Source: Octopus vulgaris (taxonomy: Eukaryota). From it: DNA of 64,000 nt. The stretch is from NCBI GenBank assembly GCA_951406725.2, contig OX597823.1, forward strand, positions 117,428,001 to 117,492,000, read 5' to 3'. A model generated the notes under the pieces. The model was given only the letters and a program-made list of their open reading frames with translations. It did no database searches and had not been told where the DNA came from. Every line of letters begins with the position of its first letter. Position 1 is the first letter of the stretch. Below, one piece after another: positions 58,176 to 64,000 of this stretch. The position numbers were made by a program, and so were the translations under genes.

Positions 58176-59440
58176 AACAGAATGGGAGAGAGAGAGAGGA
58201 ATAGAGAGAGAGTTTTTGTGAGTGTGATGTGGCCGTTTGCTTTTGGTCTGTTAAGCTTCCTTCAGGGACATTTATAGCAATTACATTAGCTATCATTCCA
58301 TTTCTCACTAGATTTTAAACGTTATTGCTATCAGCCAACTTCACTATACCATTTGCGTTATCTATTCATTTCTTTACAGAAAATACCTAGACTTCTTGTA
58401 GCAGAATTTACTACTGAAAATGCCTTATACTTCAACTCTTTCCCATTTATCTATCTGATGTAGATACTGCCCTTCCCTTGTTTATGTTTTAGTGGTACCT
58501 GGTAAAATTTGTTACTAGAAACCAAGTCAGAATACCACCAAGTTACCAAGTGATGCTTAAATGAAGTATTGAACCATTGTTAAGAAACTTTCTACTTAAA
58601 AGAAAAGAAAAAGGAAACATCAGGACAAAATCTTTACTTTTTGTAAAACTTCTTATTTTCAGTTTCTTTCTTTAGGCCGGTGTTAAATGATGATGATGGT
58701 GGTGATGATGATTATGATGATGATGATGAGGAGGAGGATTTTATTGAACACATAAACACAAACAAATTTATATAAAAGTGATACTTGTTGCATATAGATG
58801 GTTACATAAATAAACTAAAATTATGATTTATTTATTTAAAATAATTTACCAAGAACATAAAATAGATAACAACCAAAAACTAATGTTAAAATAAAATTTT
58901 AAAAAAACATTGTGATATTAATATTTCAGATTACAAACAACAGCTTTCAAGAAATTAATTTTGTTTAAAATCCTAATTGTCTAAAGTGCTCATTGGTATT
59001 TCTATTTCATTTTTAGGGCTGGTTTTTTTCCACCTGAATAAAAAATTTTCATGGTTTGCTTGTGATCAACACAGTCTTCATAACAGAATTAAATAGTTTT
59101 TTTTTTTCATACACTAGTTTCCAAAATTTATTTTGCACAAAATACTCCAAGAATCATTCTAGCAATGACTCAACACTTACTTGGTACTTTTTACACATTT
59201 AATTTCAATTGAAACTAAAACATAGAGTCTGAAACCAGAGAAACAATGAAATAGCCCAGTAATATCATGACTTGGAGACTGACAACAAATTGTTGTAGCA
59301 CTGTTTTGATATACAGGGTTGCCAATTTAGTGTTTTTCACACTAGATTTAATTCCTTTTTACTACTTTCAGCAAGAAAATCCATTTAGTGTTTTTTTAAA
59401 TTTTTGTTTCGTGCTAAACTTAGTACTTTACCATTAATGG

Positions 59441-59751
59441 TGTAGCGTATAGCCATTTTTAAATAATAGCACCAATTTGTGGTAGCTAGCAATATGATGT
59501 GATGTCGTATTGCTGAAGAAATATGATTGTTATTTTTCCATTGGTTAATATAACTGCTCATATAGGAATTCTAAGAATTAGTTAAAGAATATGTGATTTC
59601 GATTTTTTAACTAATTCTTAGAATTCCTATATGAGCAGTTATATTAACCAATGGAAAAATAACAATCATATTTCTTTGGCAATACGACATTACGTCATAT
59701 TGCCAGCTACCACAAATTGGTACCATTATTTAAAAATGGCTACACGCTACA
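59441..59751. repeat. Palindrome, about 146-bp arms, inside the hAT left end
   Basis: Inner 71 bp perfect; outer 75 bp with 8 transitions. Confidence 0.95.
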
Positions 59752-59894
59752 ATGGAAAATCAGAACTTTGTGTTCAAAATTCAGGTCAGATGCCACTTTG
59801 GCTACAACCCTCAGGTTTTGCCATTATGAGAGAGACACAATGATACAAATTTGTCATAAATTTGAAATATTTGTTGGATGGATTCCTCTAAATA

Positions 59895-60637
59895 TTCTTT
59901 TTACTCTTTTACTTATTTCAGTCATTTCACTGTGGCCATGCTGGAGCACTGCCTTTAGGCGAGCAAATCGACCCAAGGACTTATTCTTTGTAAGCATAGT
60001 ACTTATTCGGACAAATACAGACACACAAACACATACACATATATCTCTCTCTTTTACTCTTTTACTTGTTTCAGTCATTTGATGCGGCCATGCTGGAGCA
60101 CCGCCTTTAGTCGAGCAAATCGACCCCGGGACTTATTCTTTGTAAGCCCAGTACTTATTCTATCGGTTTCTTTTGCCAAACCGCTAAGTGACGGGGACGT
60201 AAACACACCAGCATCGGTTGTCAAGCAGTGCTAGGGGGACAAACACAGACACACAAACATACACCCACATACATATATATACATATATACGACGGGCTTC
60301 TTTCAGTTTCCGTCTACCAAATCCACTCACAAGGCTTTAGTTGGCCCGAGGCTATAGTAGAAGACACTTGCCCAAGGTGCCACACAGTGGGACTGAACCC
60401 GGAACCATGTGGTTGGTAAACAAGCTACTTACCACACAGCCACTCCTGCGCCTATATATATATATATATATACATATATACGATGGGCTTCTTTCAGTTT
60501 CCGTCTACCAAATCCACTCACAAGGCTTTGGTCAGTCCGAGGCTATAGTAGAAGACACTTGCCCAAGGCGTCATACAGTGGGACTGAACTCGGAGCAATT
60601 TCATAAGTAAGCTACTTACCACACAGCCACTCCTAGA

Positions 60638-60640
<3 letters not shown>
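59895..60640 (-). mobile_element. Cluster of three SINE family A copies (one full, two partial)
   Basis: 59895-60010, 60050-60453, 60480-60640. Confidence 0.9.
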
Positions 60641-60691
<51 letters not shown>

Positions 60692-62016
60692 TAGAAATAA
60701 TTCATTTTTATAAGCTTTTTTTTTTCGAATCCATTATATTTATTATATCCAAGATTAATCTATTATAAACAAGCTTAAGAACCACATTCTGTGCAGACTT
60801 TAAAGCTTGATCCTTTGGAGGTATACTTGGCTCATTGGCCCTTATAACTAAGAGTTTAGAATAATGAAGAAAAAAGTTAGTTTTAATGAGTAAACACAAG
60901 CCCTCCCCCCCCAAAAAAAAAACAACAATTATTGAATGGTCTTCATCTCATTGATTCACTTTGTTTAATAATTATAATGCCAGGAAAGGAACTGAATAAA
61001 TGGATTCAGTGCAGGATTATTTAGATCCAAAGCCATATTTTTCTTTTTTTTTTATCAATTTGAGAAGGAAATCTCAGAGTATAAATTTATGGAGCAAGAA
61101 GAAAATAAATTAAGAAGCTGATGCACAATATTTGTTGTGGATATTTTAGAGCAAATTAAACAGTGCCTTCTTTGTAATTTTCATCTTTTATGTCTTTTGT
61201 GAATGTCTCAAACCATTAAAACATGGCAAACTATTTTAATGAAGATTCAGAGCTTCTGGCAAAAATTAATTTTCAATGGAAATTTTTTTAAAAATATATG
61301 ATGGACACAGGTTTCAGGCATTTCTAGTATAGGGATTTTACTGGGGAAAATCTATTTGAACACCTAAGTTAGCTTTAACAATTCTCATTTTACGACATGC
61401 ATATAGTGATGTGGAGAGAGAATTTAGCCACATGAATTTTATGAAACCAAATGAGTAATCTAAGCATAGAATCACTAGGACAAATTTTGAACATCAACTA
61501 TGGCTTTAAATGAAATAGTAGGTGTTGATTATAAACTACCTAATGAACTATTAAAGAAAATTAGACCCATGAATGCTTATAAATCATGCATAACTGCAGC
61601 TTCTTATTCAAAAGAAATTGATTGGAAAATCTTCGAAAATATTATGGAGTAAAAATAAAAGTAATTATGTTAATTTCATTTTAATTTAATTATAATTGAA
61701 TTTTCACATATAATCTCTTTGAAATTTATATCTTTTTATATATGATGTTTTGCTTAGGTACATTTCCTTGGTACTTTTCAATTTTATTTAGCTTTTGAAA
61801 CAGTGCTTTTTTAAAATTATGAATTGGCAGCCCTGCTAGCACCATTTTGAAATCCCTGTTGGCTCCACTGTTCAACTGAGAAACAAAAACAGATTGTCCT
61901 GCAAGTAATTGATTGAAAAGGCAATGACCATGCAGTTGCTTAAAGATAAGAAAATAACCATTCCACATGTAAAATACTGTTGCTAGAAATGTTTGGCACC
62001 AACTATAAATGAAGTA

Positions 62017-63293
62017 TTGGGTTGTCCAGAAAGTTCGTGCCAATTTATAGTAGCTTACCTTTCGACTTATTTTAGAACATGGTTAAGTCCATAAAATAGG
62101 ATTTTACTACACCTTCATTTAGAGCACAGTTTAAGATATCTTTTCGTGGAAGAAGTTTATGTTCCTATAACATGTGCTAATTCTGTAACCCTTTAAAATG
62201 GAAGATAAGAAAGTTCATCTTCGGCACTTGATGCTTTTCTTTTTCCATAAAGGGAAAAATGCCTCACAAGCAACCAAAGAAATATGCACAGTTTACAATG
62301 ATGTTTCTTTATCCAAAAGAACTGTACAGAAGTGGATCGCAAGGTTCCAAGCTGGAGATTGTAGCCTTATTGATAAAGAGCGATCAGGTAGACCATCCAC
62401 TACAGATGATGACCAAATCAAGTCATTAATTGAGAATAACCTACATTGCACGACCTAACAATTGGCAGAAAGCCTCAACATATCAAAATCCATCATTTGT
62501 GAGCACCTGGTAAAGCTTGAAAGCTTGAGTACACAAATCGTTACAATGTTTGGGTACCACATGAGTTAAGTGAGAAGAACCTTTTGGATTGTATTTCCAT
62601 TTGTGATTCACTTTATAAATGGAATGAAAATGTGCCTTTTTTAAAGCAAATTGTGACAGGTGGTGAGAAATGGATTATCTACTGAAATGTTCAGAGAAAG
62701 CGATCCTGGAGTAAGCGACATGAGCCACCCCAAAAGCGGGTCTTCACCCTAAAAAAGTCTTGCTTTATGTCTGGTGGGATTGGAAAGGAATTCTGTGCTA
62801 TGAGCTTCTCCCAAGTAACCAGACAATTCTGAGAAATACTGCACACAACTGGACGAGTTAGAAGCAACAATTCAAGAGAAGCGTCCAGAATTGGCCAACA
62901 GGAAGGGTGTTGTTTTCCAACAAGATAATGCGAGACTGCATGTTTCTTTGGGAACCAAACAAAAATTGCTGCAGCTCGGCTGGGATGTGTTACCCCACCC
63001 TCCATATTCACCAGATATTGCTCCTTCGGATTTCCACTTATTCAGGTCTCTGCAGAATAGTCTTAATGGTAAAAATTTCAATTCCTTCGATGACGTAAAA
63101 AGATACCTTGATGAATTCTTTGCCATGAAACCACCTCAATTCTGGGAAGAGAGTATTTTCAAATTAAAGGAAAGATGGAGACGCATTGTGCAACAAAATG
63201 GTTTATATTTGGTTGATTAAAAATGTAATGGCAAGTATTTATTGACCTTTCTCTTTCCTTTAAAAATCAGCACAAATTTTCCGGACAATCCAA
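62017..63293 (+). mobile_element. Full-length mariner transposon (mellifera-like), transposase inactivated
   Basis: TA TSDs, TIRs ttgggttgtccagaaagttcgtgc / gcacaaattttccggacaatccaa; WVPHEL, QQDNA and YSPDIAPSDFHLF motifs; stops and frameshifts in 62198-63220. Confidence 0.96.
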
Positions 63294-64000
63294 TACTTAA
63301 AGAAGAAATATTTTAACAGCATACAAGGAGTCTAAAATATAATTCTTTCTAATTTTCACACAAGTCCAGCAAAATTTGGGGGAGGAGCAAGTTGATTACA
63401 TCGACCCCAATGTACAACTGGTATTTATTTTATTGACCTTGAAGGGATGAAAGGCAAAGGGTCTAAAATAAAATGAAAACAAAAGCATAAGTCTGGCTCA
63501 ATATGAAGTGTGTCATGTCATAATTTGTATAAATAAAGTCAGTAAAATGAATTAAATGACACAAAGATAAAGAAAATACTAAAAGGTGAAGCTTTCAAAC
63601 AAAATAATTTAATTCAGTTAAGTATGTAATTGGTAAAGACTAAGTTTATACAAACTTCAGTCAGAATGTTAACGTACATTTTTCAGTAAGAAGAGTGTCT
63701 CCAAGAGAACAAATGACAAGAGTTATTTCTATTTTGTACAAAATGTGAAACAACATTTTCATAAATCGCTCTAAAAGCATGTGTGACGTTACTGGTGAAA
63801 AGTTTTTAACCACAGATAAAAGGATAAAAAAAAATGTATGAAAATGCTTGTCATATTCTTGAATTGACAGAGGTTGCCATACAAGAAAAGCAGCAACTGA
63901 CCATTTGGAGAAATACTTTATTATAAGGAAGAAGAGTCTTGCATCTGCTTCTGACTTTTATTAGAAAAACATAATCAAATTCATGAGCAAAATCTGTTTG

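Larger units (their letters stand above)
59314..61835 (+). mobile_element. Degenerate hAT-superfamily DNA transposon with nested SINEs
   Basis: TIRs CAGGGTTGCCAATT / AATTGGCAGCCCTG (13 of 14 match); transposase remnant about 60990-61580 including ALTILILRHAYSDVEREFSHMNFMK (hAT dimerisation motif); no TSD seen. Confidence 0.8.

Noticed and set aside
63640-64000. Further dynein N-terminal pseudo-exon (RLFFLIIKYFSKW)
   Set aside because: Similarity too short to support without a search

Overview
AT-rich, microsatellite-laden animal genomic DNA. The SINE families, (TA)n load and LINE types point to a coleoid cephalopod, probably Octopus (inference). No intact host gene is visible, and most listed ORFs are microsatellite or SINE artefacts. 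Recognisable content: several tRNA-derived SINE families, CR1/L2-group and RTE LINE remnants, a full-length degenerate mariner, a degenerate hAT, a non-autonomous Helitron, a 27-unit 90/119-bp two-variant tandem array and one assembly gap. Two layers are not shown by the ORF track. (1) At least 14 minimal type-I hammerhead ribozyme motifs (about half degenerate) sit in short, mutually dissimilar elements that often abut (TA)n, often carry inverted duplications, and partly share a covarying terminal hairpin; these resemble non-autonomous Penelope-like pLTR/retrozyme elements. (2) About 14 stop- and frameshift-ridden minus-strand exon remnants span ~58 kb to ~4.4 kb and, by eye, follow dynein heavy chain domain order, suggesting the whole window is an unprocessed dynein heavy chain-like pseudogene. 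All protein and RNA family matches were made by eye from memory and need confirmation by search.
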